From NCBI GenBank assembly GCA_050575255.1, contig JBNZDD010013689.1, positions 6,264,162 through 6,328,161 on the forward strand: DNA of 64,000 bases, read 5' to 3'. Positions within the stretch are counted from its first letter, which is position 1; every line of letters begins with the position of its first letter. This document shows, piece after piece, positions 13,140 through 25,689 of this stretch. Position numbers and translations under genes: made by a program. The DNA comes from Harriotta raleighana. Lineage: Eukaryota. Under the pieces are notes generated by a model. The model was given only the letters and a program-made list of their open reading frames with translations, had not been told where the DNA came from and did not search any database.

Positions 13140-13760
13140 GCATTTAAGATGAGGATGAGAATTTTTAATTTGATCCTCTGAGGGATAGGGAGCCAGTGGA
13201 GTCAGGCGAGGATGTGTGTGATGGGGTTATGGAGCCTGGTGCGGAGCCAACACAAGCTGCAGAATTCTGAATCATCTGCAGTTTGTGGAGGGAAAGCTGA
13301 CAAGCATTGGTATAGTTGAGCCTGCTTGTAATAAGGTATTTATGAGGCTTTTGGCAGCCTGACAGGTGAGGAAGTGAAGGAGTCGAGCATTATTGCAGAG
13401 GTGAAGAAAGGCAGAGCAGGTCAAGGCATGGATGTAGGGGAGAAAGAACAGTTGAGGGCATTTGAAACAAGAAGCCTAGGTTCTTAACTGGCTTAGTGAG
13501 GTGGAGTGTACATCCTTGGATGCTGATGCTGCCAGTGCCTGAGGTGCAGAAGCACTGGAGCAAGCCAATCAGGAGACTTAGTCTTGCAGATGTTCAACTG
13601 TAGAAAGTTAGCTCTTGTCCAGGACTTTATGTCAGACAGCAACAATAAGACAACAGTCTGTCCAAGTCAGTTGTGTTCGTGGAATCAAGTGTGGAGACAG
13701 AGAGATAGAGTTGGGTGTCATCCGTGCACATGCCTGCAGATGATGTCACCAAGAAGTAGG
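13140..13760 (-). mobile_element. Decayed L2 RT fragment
   Basis: Similar to the reverse complement of 26000-26550. Confidence 0.6.
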
Positions 13761-14876
13761 AGAATTGTTTTCTGATTCTTTCAAGCTTGAAACTAAATTA
13801 AACAAACATTTCTCCCTTTCACCTTCATACTGCTAATCTGCACCTCCCTCTGACAGAGATTCCTTCTTGCCCCTGGCAAGTGAGAAAGATAAACTTGTTT
13901 CTCTCTACACATCACGTCACTGATATTGCATCTCTGTCGATGTCGCTAAACTACTATTGCGTTGCTGTAATTGATACCACATTACTATACTTTAAACACA
14001 TTGCTGCCAACAGGTTATTTTTGGATAGCCAGGTGTCTGACACATGCAGAGACCCATCACCATGCTTCAGAGTATGCAAAGCAAATTGAGAATTCCAGAG
14101 ATAGATTCCAGAAATTGACCCTTAGAGAAATTGGGAGGAGCAGAGAGGTGTGTAGCCAGTTCCTGCCATAGCCCAAGCAGGAATCTCACTTCACTGCCTC
14201 ACTCCCCACTACCGGAGCTAACATTGTCCTTAGAATTCTCAAAACTCTTTCTCTATCACTTTTTTTAAATGTATAGCTCAATTAACTGTAGTTCCAAAAG
14301 TATTAGAAGTCAAGTTATACCACCCAGCTTAAACTGTAATACATACTCTTTTGATTTCACTTTCGGTCAACTTTCCCCTCCACAGTCCTCTTCAAAAAGC
14401 TCTGTTATACAACCCGACTGATGCAGGATATATACAACCAGAGCTCTGTAATACCACCTGACTGATACATGGGTATATAGAGCAGCTGTATGTACAGGCC
14501 TCTTGTTTAGAATATAGCTCTTATAGCAGTGACAAAAACTTTTCAAACAATTTTGAATGAGACAAGTGTTGTATTGGCAGCAAAAACACCAGCTAATCTT
14601 CACTAGCAGAACCCCACAGGCAGTAAATCGAGGGTGTATAACAGAGCTTTTTTCATTATACAGAATATCCATGTCTCAGTTGGGTGGTATAACACAGCCC
14701 TAACCAGTATAATACTGTACAATACAATTTCCATTGATCCCTTCAGACAGATAGAGCCAATATTGTTGGAAAGCAGCACACAGCACATTGGCTTACCAGT
14801 TTCTTTGAAATCTACAACTCATTTGCCTCAGCAACATCTCACAAACAGAGTTGAATGACAATTAATCAGTATAGTG

Positions 14877-15175
14877 TGGAGCTCCTGTGGCTTAGTGGTT
14901 ATCGCCTTACAAGCATGAGACCTGTGTTCAAATCCAGGCAGATCAGGGCAAAACCTTGTAAATTTCCTTACACCACATGCCTGATAATAATCCCTCAAAA
15001 AAAACCACAATAATAAAAAAAATTGGTCATTTCAATCCATGACTGTTTGTGGGACACTGCTGTGCGCAATTGGCTGCCGCATTCCGAATATACAGTCAAT
15101 TCACTTTACAGTATATTCTGTGAAGCGCTTTGGGACGGCGATAAGATGTGAAAAGCGCTATATCAAATGCAAAGA
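14877..15175 (+). mobile_element. tRNA-derived SINE
   Basis: A/B box head (tgtggcttagtggtt...gttcaaatcc) and tail gcgctatatcaaatgcaaag. Confidence 0.75.
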
Positions 15176-15979
15176 TCAATTAAATTAATGATGAATTATA
15201 TTGGTGAATTTGGCTGAAAGAAGAACATTGGCCACAGACAGTCTCTGCCCCTTTTGTTAACTAGTACTGTGCTGTCTGTCATAGGCTGATGAAACCTCAG
15301 TTAACACCTCATGTGAAGGACAGAACCTCCAACAACACAGCCCAGAAATTCCACCTTGTTTTAGCCTATGAGACCAGTAAAGTAGGATTTAAACCCACCA
15401 AGGCAGCTTGACCCTTCGTACTGAGCAACTGCTGATTATGCAAGGAAATGAGAATCAGAGATTTCTGAGGAGGAAGATACCAGCTTTAATATCTCAGGAT
15501 GTTTGTGCAATGTACACCAGATGCTGAAAACAGCTGTGACTTACTCCACAGACTTCAGCTAGTCTAGAAAATGCAGCTCAGAGCTTTGGAATAGTGAAGA
15601 TCATTGTCTCTGAACACAATAAACCATGATATAATAATATATTGTTATATTATTTATGTTATATTATTATATACAGTATAAGTATAATGATATATTATTA
15701 ATATGTCTATGCCACCTGCAAATTTTATTCTCTCCCTGGATAACTGCATCCCGCTTGCCTAATTCTGGAGAGTATTGGCCCAGGTTGGCAAAACTTAAGC
15801 ATTGAGAGACCCCAGAGTATGCGATGAGCTATCTCCTGGAGTCTAACCAGCTAAAACTGCATAGTTTGCCAGTTAGAGCATTCTCTGTCAAATTTCCTGC
15901 TGCTTGTCCAGCTATCCTACACATTAGGGCTTTGGCTTGCAGGATAACATAAGCTCAGTGTAAAGAATCCCTTCTCCTA

Positions 15980-17350
15980 ATCATAGAATCATATAACACA
16001 AAAGGAGGCCTTTCGGCCCATCGTGTCTGCACTGGTTCCGAAAAGAGCAATCCAACTCAACCCCATTGGCCTGCTTTCTCTCCATAGCCCTGCAATCTTG
16101 TCCTCCCCAAATACCCATCTACTTCTCTCTTAAAAGTTGATATTGAATCAGCTTTCACTACCTTTCATCCCTCTATTTCTTTTAACAACTCTCTTAAATC
16201 AATGTCCTGGGGTTACTGACCCACATGCCAGTGGAAATAGTTTTTCCTGGTTCAACCTATCAATTCCCCTCATGATTTTGAAAACCTTATTAAATCCCCT
16301 CTTAATATTCTCTGCTCTAGAAAGAATAACCCTAGTTTTGCTAACCTCTCCTCGTAACTAAGGTCCTTCATTCTTGGTACCATCCTGGTAAATCTCCTTT
16401 GTACCCTGTTCAATGCCTTAACATCTTTCCTAAAGTGTGGCGCCCAGAACTGAACACAGTACTCCAACTGAGGCCTAACCAGCATTTATATTGATCATTA
16501 TCTCCTGACTTTTTATTCTATGCCCCTATTTATAAATCCTAGTATCCCGTTTGCTTTTTTAAAGCTTTATCTACCTGTCCTGCCACCTTCAGAGATTTGG
16601 TTATATGGACCTCCAGGTCTCTCTGTTTATTTAACTCCTTTAAAATTGTACCACGTAGCTTATATTCTTCCTACCAAAATGCAACACTTTGCATTTTTCC
16701 ATATTAAACCTCATCTGCCATGCTTCTGCCCATTTTACCAATCTGTCTAAGTTCTCTTGGAGTCTGGTGCTATCCTCTTCATCATATAATAACAGCAACT
16801 TCAATTTATTTAGCGCCCTCCACGCCAGACGGCGTCTCAGAGCGCTTCACAATAGCGGATCCCGGGACCGAGCCAGGGGCAGGGGCAGAAACGTGACCAA
16901 AAGCGCGGTCGAAGAGAAAGGTCTTCAGCTGTGACCTGAAACTGGGAAGAGAGGGGGTGAAGCGAAGAGAGTGAGGAAGGGAGTTCCAGAGCCTCGGGGC
17001 GTCGTGGCTGAAGGCCGCTGAGGGTGGAGCAGAGGATTCAGGGGACATGGAGGAGGCCAGAATCAGAGGAGCGAAGGCAGCAGGTGCTGGTTTGGGGGAG
17101 AGGAGATCAGAGAGATAGGGGGGTGCAGAGGAGTGGAGGGATTTGAAAACAAGGGTGAGGATATTGAAGTCGATTCTCTCTAGGATAGGGAGCCAGTGAA
17201 GTCTGGCAAGGACTGGGGTAATGGGGGAGCGAAGCTTGGAATGGGTGAGTATGCGGGTGGCAGAGGGAAAGAGCTGCTGATATACTACTTAGTATCATCT
17301 GCAAATTTGGAAATGGTGCTCACTATATCCAGGTCCAGATAATTTATATA
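15980..17350 (-). mobile_element. CR1 fragment interrupted by a younger L2 copy (about 16790-17270)
   Basis: [17 protein letters not shown] motif. CR1 sequence resumes after the L2 insert. Confidence 0.85.
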
Positions 17351-19436
17351 GATATGTGGACTGTTCCTCCAAGTCCTGCCAACAACATCAAAATTACATT
17401 TATAGAGAGCTTTTTAGGTCAGGAGGACAAAAAGTGCTAAAATGAAGCTAGGCTGGCTATACTGTCATCAGCAATGTCTCAGAGTACTGCAGACCCACTT
17501 GGCTCAGGAATTCAACTAGATACCAACTCAGAGGGTTGATTCAATTCCAATATTCCATTGCCTAACATGTCAGATTGAAACTTACTCACTCCCCCATTCC
17601 AGTCTCCAACCCCGACTCCACCTATAAACAATCCACTATCAACCTGGTCTTTACACACCGTCAACCTAGTCTTTATGCACTATCTACTTGAGAACCCCAA
17701 ATTATAACTGATCTTACCCTTAAGATTATTCACAACTTTGGAAAATTATCCTAAATTGAGTCTGAGTCTCAGGTCACTGCATTTCCTAGAAAAACCCAGA
17801 GAGATTTGTTTAACACCAGCTCTTTCCCTCTGTCAGGCTCACTAACACTTCTCAGCCAGCACCCCGTGTTACTGACTACGTCTACTGATGTTACTCAAGC
17901 TCGCTCGCACTCTCAGGCTCCGCTCCATGTTACTGACTGTTCATGATAAGCACTCTAAGACGCCGTCCAGTGTGGAGGGTGCTATATAAATCAAAGTTGT
18001 TGTTGTTGTAAACCCAAAAGTGGGGCAATCTTTGCTGAAAGCAATCCCTGGATTTATGTCCTTGCATGACATCAAGGCATTTAGAGTTAAAATATTATAA
18101 ATTAACATTCTAAGATAGAAAATAATGCCTCTTGCAACAGGCTTTTCCAAAACCCATTTCCTTCTGTTGACCTGCCAAAACTGACTGCTTGGAAAACGTG
18201 TGAAAGCGGATGAAATTCATCGCATTTCTTTTTTATTCAAAGTATGGTGGAATAGCTGGAATGTAGCTGATCTGCATTTGAAGTAGTGAAAGAACAAACC
18301 CAGCTCCCTGAAGGCAGACAGAAGAGATTCTCCCATGACGGGTTTCCCCGTTGGATGTCTCCCAGGTTTGCAGACCTGTGGACATTGGAATTCTTTCTCC
18401 ACTCTAGCCTGTCCATTCATTGACCTCCAAAGAATCAGTTCCCCATCAAACTCATCTCTGGGTCTGTTTCTAATGTTAGATTCCAAAATTGGTGTCTCTT
18501 GTGTATCTGGGCAGAGAATCAACATCTTCTGTTGGCAGTGAGCAGAGAATAAGACAAAGCAAAGAAGCCAAAATGGAAAATTTGAGCTTGTAACTCTGTT
18601 TCTTGGACGTAGTTCAAGATACTTTTGGCTGTGGCAGCCCCAATCCGTCACTTCAGTTTGATCGCCCTATCCCTGGATCTGGCCTCTCGTTAGTGCCTGA
18701 AGTTGTAATATGGGCAATGTCAAGGGTTCAACAATGCAGGTTGGTTTAACATTAGTCAAAAGAGGTTCAGCTCGCTGTTCTTTTATTCACAGCAAGAATA
18801 TGCCTTACATCTGATCTCGCCTTTCATCTCAACGAAATGTCCCAAATTGCTTCATAGCAAAAAACACTGTTTATTTTGGGGGTGAGCATGATAGCTAGTT
18901 TTGCACACAGCCATCAAGTGAAAAACCACATTTGTTTCTGTAATGCAAAAGAGGCTGGAAAAGATTATTCATCTGGCCCAGATTCAAACAACAAACTTCT
19001 CTCACATTCTATCTCATTCGTCCATTGGTTTCTTCACTAAATAATTATCTAATTCCCACCCTACGCTGCAAATTTCCTGATACAATCTATCGCAACTACT
19101 CTGTCTAACTGGTGTACTCTATATTTTCACTCCACTGTGTCTTTCCATCCATCCAGTCTCCTCTCTCTGTAGCTCCCAAACTCTCAATCTTCACTTTGTA
19201 TCCCCTGCTCTATCTAGTCCCATCTATATATCCCCTGCCTTTTTTGTCTCCTCTTTCTGTCTCCCTGCTTTATGTCTCCCTGTCCTTGCTCAGTTTTTCC
19301 TGTCTGTCTCCTCCTCTTCTCCAGATCATACTGATCATCACTGATGGGCACACATGGCTGAATTGGCATCAGACCCACTGCAGACTATAAGACACAAGTT
19401 TCACTGGACCTGGGGATAACTTGAGTGCTCATTTAC

Positions 19437-19487
19437 CTGGCAGCGAACTTTCCTCACGCACGGATTCTGATGTGCTCCTCTCCGGCA
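19437..19487 (-). CDS. COL6A3: Inter-Kunitz linker exon (51 nt)
   Basis: Acceptor ttctcctacag|TG and donor CCAG|gtaaat. Encodes LPERSTSESVREESSLP. Confidence 0.82.
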
Positions 19488-19635
19488 CTGTAGGAGAAAA
19501 CCAATCACTTTATAAATACGCAGAATTTTGTCTTGCACTCTTAACCTTCTGAATTTCATTTCAATGGAATAAGGAGTGATAGGGGAGGCAGGTGGTGCTC
19601 AGAGAGGTAGGGTACCTGACGGCCACTGTACTTAC

Positions 19636-19806
19636 ATGATTCGCTGCACTCTCTAAGGCACTCAGCTTCTGTATCAAATCTATTGGCATTACCGTCACAG
19701 CCCCCATACCAAAACTGAGTGCAGATCTTGTTTTTCCAATCAAAGAACCATTTCTCAAGATATTCCGAGCACCGAGATCCCAAGTCAAAATCCAGCATGC
19801 ACCGAT
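19636..19806 (-). CDS. COL6A3: Kunitz domain 1 (additional Kunitz) exon (171 nt)
   Basis: Encodes DRCMLDFDLGSRCSEYLEKWFFD...CTQFWYGGCDGNANRFDTEAECLREC, with six Cys. Confidence 0.92.
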
Positions 19807-22762
19807 CTGTGAATTTACACGCAAAGATGTGAGCAATTAATAACCCAGGGCACACTTGCCACAGCTAATTAAAACAGTGGTGGGGGCGGGATAGGAGGGG
19901 AGTTGGGGGGGAAGGGGGTTGTGGAATACAGTGGAAGCCTATTGTAATTAAAATAATCCTTACATTTCATACAATGCCTTATCACGCCACCGATACGTCT
20001 CAAAGCACTGTACTGTAAAGTAAATTGTGTATTTTGAGGGCAAAACGCAGCAGCCAGTTTGCGTGCAGTGATGTCACATACACAGCCATGGAGTGAGTAA
20101 CCAATTTTATTGGAGGATTTTTTGGCTATAACACCGGGAAAAATTCCCTTCTCCTTTCGAATGGTACCATGGGACCTTTTACATCCACCTGAACAGGCAG
20201 ACAGAACCTCAGTTTAACGCCCATTTTGCCTATAAATTACACAGTCAATCCACTTTACAGTATATCCTGTGAAGCGCTTTAAAACAACTCAATGACATGA
20301 AAAGCACTGCATCAAATGCAGGATTCTTATTATCATATTACTGAATTACAATGTCCTCCTAGGTAGTCATCTGATGCATTGAAAATAGCAAGTGCTTCCC
20401 TCCCTTAATAATAGTGACAGTTTGTGGAAAAGTTGCTGGGTGCAAATTGGCTGCCTGTTAACTCTGTTAGTGTACCTCCCAATGTGAAAGGCGCCATACA
20501 AATGTAATTATGTTGTAGTTGTTTCAATAATGTGATATGGTGCTCTGCATGGTGCTCTAAATAAAAGTATTCTCATAATAAGTATTTTTGAAACCTAATG
20601 CAGCATTGTATTGTTTCACAACCATCTCAAAGTGCTTCACAATTTTCTGTAAAGTACAGTAATTGTGCACTTTGCAAAAAAGGTCCCATCTGCTTGTTCA
20701 GGTGGACGTTAAGCGCTCTGAGACGCCGTCTGGTGTGGAGGGCACTATATAAATCCAAGTTGTTGTTGTTGTTAAAGATCCAATGATACTACTCAGAAAG
20801 AGAAGGAGAGTTTTCCCCCGGTTTCCAGGGCAATAAACCTCCATAATAATCAGTTATTCACTTTATGGCTGTGGGTTATTGCTCTGTACAAATTGGTTGA
20901 TGTGTTTTGCTACAAAAACACTCATTACACCGAACAACAATTTCTGTAAATTGCCTTCAGATATTTCAATGTGATACAGGGATATAAAAACTCATGTTCT
21001 TTCATCTCTGATTATACTTGCTGTTAAGTTTGTTCCCAGCCCACCACCTCCATTGGTAGCCAAGGGCATAAAGATGCCTTTTAAGATAGTGCCAAATCAC
21101 ACAGACTAGAATGTCTGAGATTCAAAGCCTGCACTCTTTGCTGAGTGAGCTCATCAAATTGTTAGGATACTGACAATCTGCCCCAGTACTCCGCCAGGCT
21201 ATGAGGGGAGGGGGGAAATCAACCTGGGCTCCTTCTCCCTGTCAAGTTCAGGACTGTGTGTGTGGATATCCATTGACAATAGGTTCATAACCATAAACCA
21301 AGTCCTGAACCAACACATCTAGGAGAAAAGCAGATGAAACAAGCTCCTCAAAATGCTTTCAGTATTGTGCTGCGTTGGATTTATCTTTTATAGCTACTGT
21401 ATATAGAATACTCCATCTAATCCCATATCTTGTGGGTGTGAATGGGAGACCCTGAACACATACACTTTTCCTATCAAACATGCTTCCACATTCTGATAGA
21501 CCCCACCCTGGCTTTGCGGTTATCTATAAAGTGAGGGTGATGGGCAGGCCCTAGTGCCATCGTGCCCCCTTTCCACCCGCTGGCAAACGGCGTAATAGAG
21601 AACGTTGCAACATTCAATGGATATATTTTCCCTATGCATCAGCAACGTAATAACGAAACAATGCTGATCGAAGCAACATTAAGCGGGGTCTACCGGTACA
21701 TATAATATTAATATACAGTATATAAATATATAACAGGAAATTGTGAGGGAAATGCAGCTTGGAGAGAACCTGGCCCAAACCGAGCAGGTGCTTACTCAGC
21801 ACGACTCCATTCCATTCCAACAGCCACTGCCCACTCGCTGAGCCAGGCACTTACACAGCACAGTGTAACCCCATTATAACAAACAGCACATTACATCACA
21901 GATCACGATACACTTCCTGCACAAAACAGCCCACAGGTAGTGACATCAGTAACAATCCAATGACCTGGTAGCGCTGACTGACATCCATTTTTTAGAGCAC
22001 TTTATTATAATGTGGGATCTGTATTTATCGATCCAAACCATCTGCTCCTGATGGGGGCAGCCTGTGGGCACTGATATTTTAATAGGCACCCACTACCTTC
22101 ATAGTGCATGCAATATTATGTACCCTCATAACCTTTAGTGCATACTGTACAACAAGAACAAAAAATTCCATATGTATCGTGCTTGTAGGACGCCCTGTAG
22201 TACATTTCCAATGCATTAGAGTATCAGAACCCTTCCCAACATACAGTGCCGTTACCTTGCACTGAACTGGGCAACAGCAGCTTCTGGTTGTCTTGCTTCC
22301 AGATACTGCTTCCCAAAAGGCTGACTATACTATCACTCCCCTCGCTAGATGAGGGCACGATAACACAAGCCAACCGAACTGCGTGGCGAAGGTGAGAAAG
22401 TGAAAGTGGTGCAATAAGAGGGTTACAGACAGCAAACTATCCATGCAAGAGAGATCAACCACAACAAATTGCATTCAAATATTGCCTTTCAAGTCGTGAG
22501 GACATCCTAAGTTACTGGAAAATAAAGAATATGCACCCATGCTGGGGTTAGAGTCAAGAGTGGTGGAGAGTAAGAAGCTGGGGTAGGGGTGATCAATACC
22601 CAAAGGCTGATCCTTACTTCAGAAGTAAACAGATGCTCTAGAGGGGGAAAGAGTGTCTTTGGATGGGCAAGTAGTGACGGTAGAGTTATTGTCACTGAAT
22701 TAGGGCCTTGATCTCTGAGCCTTGAAGGAACACAGAGTTTGGAATATTACGGTAAAACACAT

Positions 22763-23040
22763 GGGAGTCCTGTAGCTCAGTGGTTAGAGCACTCGCCTCA
22801 CAAGTGAGAGACCTGGTTTTGATTCTAGGCAGGGTGAAACTTTGGGAAAGTTTCCTTACTCCACATGTCTAATTGGTCATTTCATTCCACAACTTTGTGG
22901 GACACTGCCTTGCGCAATTGGCTGCCACATTTCGTCCACATATCTACAGTTAATTCACCTTACAGTATATTCTGTGAAGCGCTTTGAGATGTCTAGAAGA
23001 CATGAAAAGCATTATATCAAATGCAAGGATTATTATTATA
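22763..23040 (+). mobile_element. Full-length tRNA-derived SINE with L2-like tail
   Basis: Head tgtagctcagtggttagagcactcgcc... and tail atatcaaatgcaagg(att)n. Confidence 0.85.
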
Positions 23041-24306
23041 CAAATCGTATCAGTTGGAACTATAACATTTAATATGACTTATGCAAAGTTTGAGTTGCAG
23101 ACAAACTTGCTTCAAGTACTGAATATAAAATCCAATTTAATCAATAATTTACACTGAACATGTGTAATTCAATGCAGCTGTTAAGTTGATAAGTATGCAT
23201 TTGGTGATGGATCAAGACTACATTTCCTGCGATTCAATGTGTCTTCAGAATTTGCCGACTGCGTATTTATTGGAAAGCATTGAAATCACATTGAATTGCG
23301 GGAAATTAAGTTCTTCTGCAAATGCGGCAACGGATCAAAACTATGCTTCCCATGATTCATTGAAGTAGATTGATAAGTGCGCATGTCAGGACAGGTCAGT
23401 ACATAATTTCCCATGTTTTATTGCCACGAGTAAGTGCAGCAGTAATGGAGGATAGAGGAACAGGGTTACGATTTAGGGGTCAAGACAACTAATGCAAAGA
23501 AATCTAAGTAGTTCTGATAAGAAACTGAATGGAACTCGGGTACATGTAAGACTCAGGCAATTATATGATTTAACATTAACGCTAGTTTCATTTTACCGTA
23601 CGTGGGAGGTGTTGGGATAGCAGCAAGGCACGCAGTATGTCCCAATGAGGAGATCACAGTGGGCAGGCACCCATAACCTCTGGGTGAAGATTAATACCTT
23701 TAGGAAATTGCGTTGTGGGATGCAGTTGGGAAGTGACCACATGGAGGTCTAAGTGGGTAATGCAGGAGTGATAGAATGGGGTGTTGGCAGAGGGGAGAGC
23801 ATACGACCATGATGCTGACAATATCAAGTGGCCTGGCTATCTGACTGACTGAACTCCACCCTCAAATGTTCACAATGTGACTCTATTCTGAGATCCTCAG
23901 AAGTTACCAAACACAAAGCTCATTGCAGCACATTGAGTGAATACAGCATCAACAGCAATCTTAAAGCGTCCTGCACATAGGATAACGTTGCAGAGTGCTT
24001 GATAGGGACAGCAAAGAGGGGTGTACGGGGAAGTGACCATAGGCATGGTGAAAACAGTAGATTTTTAGACAAGATTTAAAAAGAGATAGAGAGCGAGTGA
24101 GAGGGAAGGGGTTCCTGAGGGTGGCAGAGTTTTTGCTGAACTATACCCACAGCAACTGTAGTACACTAATGTACATTTATTTAATTTGTCTTTAAGGCAA
24201 ATAAATGGAATGTCTCAGATCGCTGAGAACCAAGACATCCTCATTCAACTCCATCTTAGCCCCATCGGGTTGTCTGTTTGTCCCTACTCTCCTGATTCCT
24301 ACTTAC

Positions 24307-24378
24307 CCGTCGTCGGGTTCTCCAGCGGCTCCTGTCCAGGAATGACGGTTCTGCTTTTGCTGGCAGAGCTTTTTGGAA
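24307..24378 (-). CDS. COL6A3: FN3-Kunitz linker exon (72 nt)
   Basis: Acceptor tctctcccag|TT and donor CGG|gtaagt. Encodes IPKSSASKSRTVIPGQEPLENPTT. Confidence 0.87.
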
Positions 24379-24549
24379 CTGGGAGAGAAATGAGGGTATG
24401 ATTCAGTGGGATAGAATCTTGCCAATTGGAGATATTAATCCTACAATTCATTCTGGAATGAACGCCATATTTACTCAATGGGCTTCATCCACAAACTATT
24501 GAGTGCTGGGTGGATAGCATGGAAGGAGTTTTACTATCTATCTAGCATA

Positions 24550-24760
24550 GAACAACAACAACAACTTGGATTTATATAGCACCCTCCACGCCACACGGTG
24601 TCTCAGAGCGCTTCACAATAACGGATCCTGGGGCTAAGCCAGGGGGAGGGGAAAAAAGCGACCAAAAATATGGTGGAAAACAGAAGTTTTTAAGCGCGAC
24701 CTGAAAATAGAAAAGGAGGGGCAAGGCGAAGGGAATGAGGAAGAGAGTTCCAGAGAAGGA
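24550..24760 (-). mobile_element. L2 3' fragment
   Basis: (aac)n tail followed by L2 3' UTR in reverse orientation. Confidence 0.7.
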
Positions 24761-24992
24761 GCTTTACCATATAACTAACTAATGCTGTTGCTGACCTGGG
24801 AGTGCTGGAACAGAGAGAGCTTTACTCTGTATCTAACCTGTGCTGTAGTTGATGTACAGGTGTACGATTGACCAGGATAGAATCTCATTTAGACTCCAGC
24901 AGAAGATAATATATTCTTAGCATCAATAACAATAGGAAAAGTCAGCTCCTCTCTCTGACTCACTCAGTTTTGTTCACTAGATGGTAACTTAC

Positions 24993-25253
24993 TGGTTGTA
25001 AAGGTAGTGTTATAAAAGGTTTTGGCCTTGGAATGATAGAATCCAGTCACCAGCACGTCATACACTTGCCCATCCTCTAGCTCCTTCAGGAGGATCTCTG
25101 GTTCAGTGACGTTGGTCTTCAGGATAAGAAAGTTCTCGCTGCTTTTGACCACAATGACCTCATAGTAATGGATCTTCAGTGGCTCTGCTTGGCCCCATTG
25201 CAGGAAGATGCTGTCCTCTGTCACGTTGGACACAGAGAACTCTGTTCCCAGTT
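24993..25253 (-). CDS. COL6A3: FN3 (C4) exon (261 nt)
   Basis: Encodes LGTEFSVSNVTEDSIFLQW...GQVYDVLVTG...FTT. Confidence 0.92.
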
Positions 25254-25689
25254 CTGTGAGTGCAAAGGAAACAAAGAAGATGCAAATGAAGAGTTGTCAA
25301 CCAAAGGGGAAAATATTTTCATTGCAATAGTAAAGACATAACATGGAACAAAGAAGGACTGTTTACCAGTTCCTCCGATGGCCTTGTGAGGAAAGGAAGT
25401 GCTCAGAAGCACAAAGCCACACAGACTGGACTGGTTCAAATCTTGGTCTGTCAAGCATTAGCTGATTTTCAATTATAATCAGCCTCAGTGCCATAGTTAC
25501 TTGCCAGAGACACTTCCTACACTTATATTCCACCAATATATTTATCAGCTTAGATGATGAGTTTGTGTCCTGATATGGAGCTTGAACCCATACCCTTCTG
25601 ATTCAATGGGCAGTGTCAAGTACTCCAGACATGGCCCTGAGCAGGAAGGAGATCATATGAAGCTCATAATTCAATTAATTCAACTGAAG

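Noticed and set aside
15625-15705. AT-rich quasi-palindromic stretch
   Set aside because: Low-complexity TA/TAA sequence with no specific structure.
18217-18651. 144-aa minus-strand ORF
   Set aside because: No recognisable domain, and its frame is not the one reached by phase-1 splicing. Only the short terminal-exon reading is proposed.
22256-22324. Possible 69-nt in-frame cassette exon on the minus strand with a good donor (CAAG|gtaac)
   Set aside because: The acceptor lacks a pyrimidine tract and the peptide resembles nothing in COL6A3.
22763-22835. tRNA-like sequences (also about 14880, 40800, 42420)
   Set aside because: SINE heads continuing into SINE body and tail; no complete cloverleaf.
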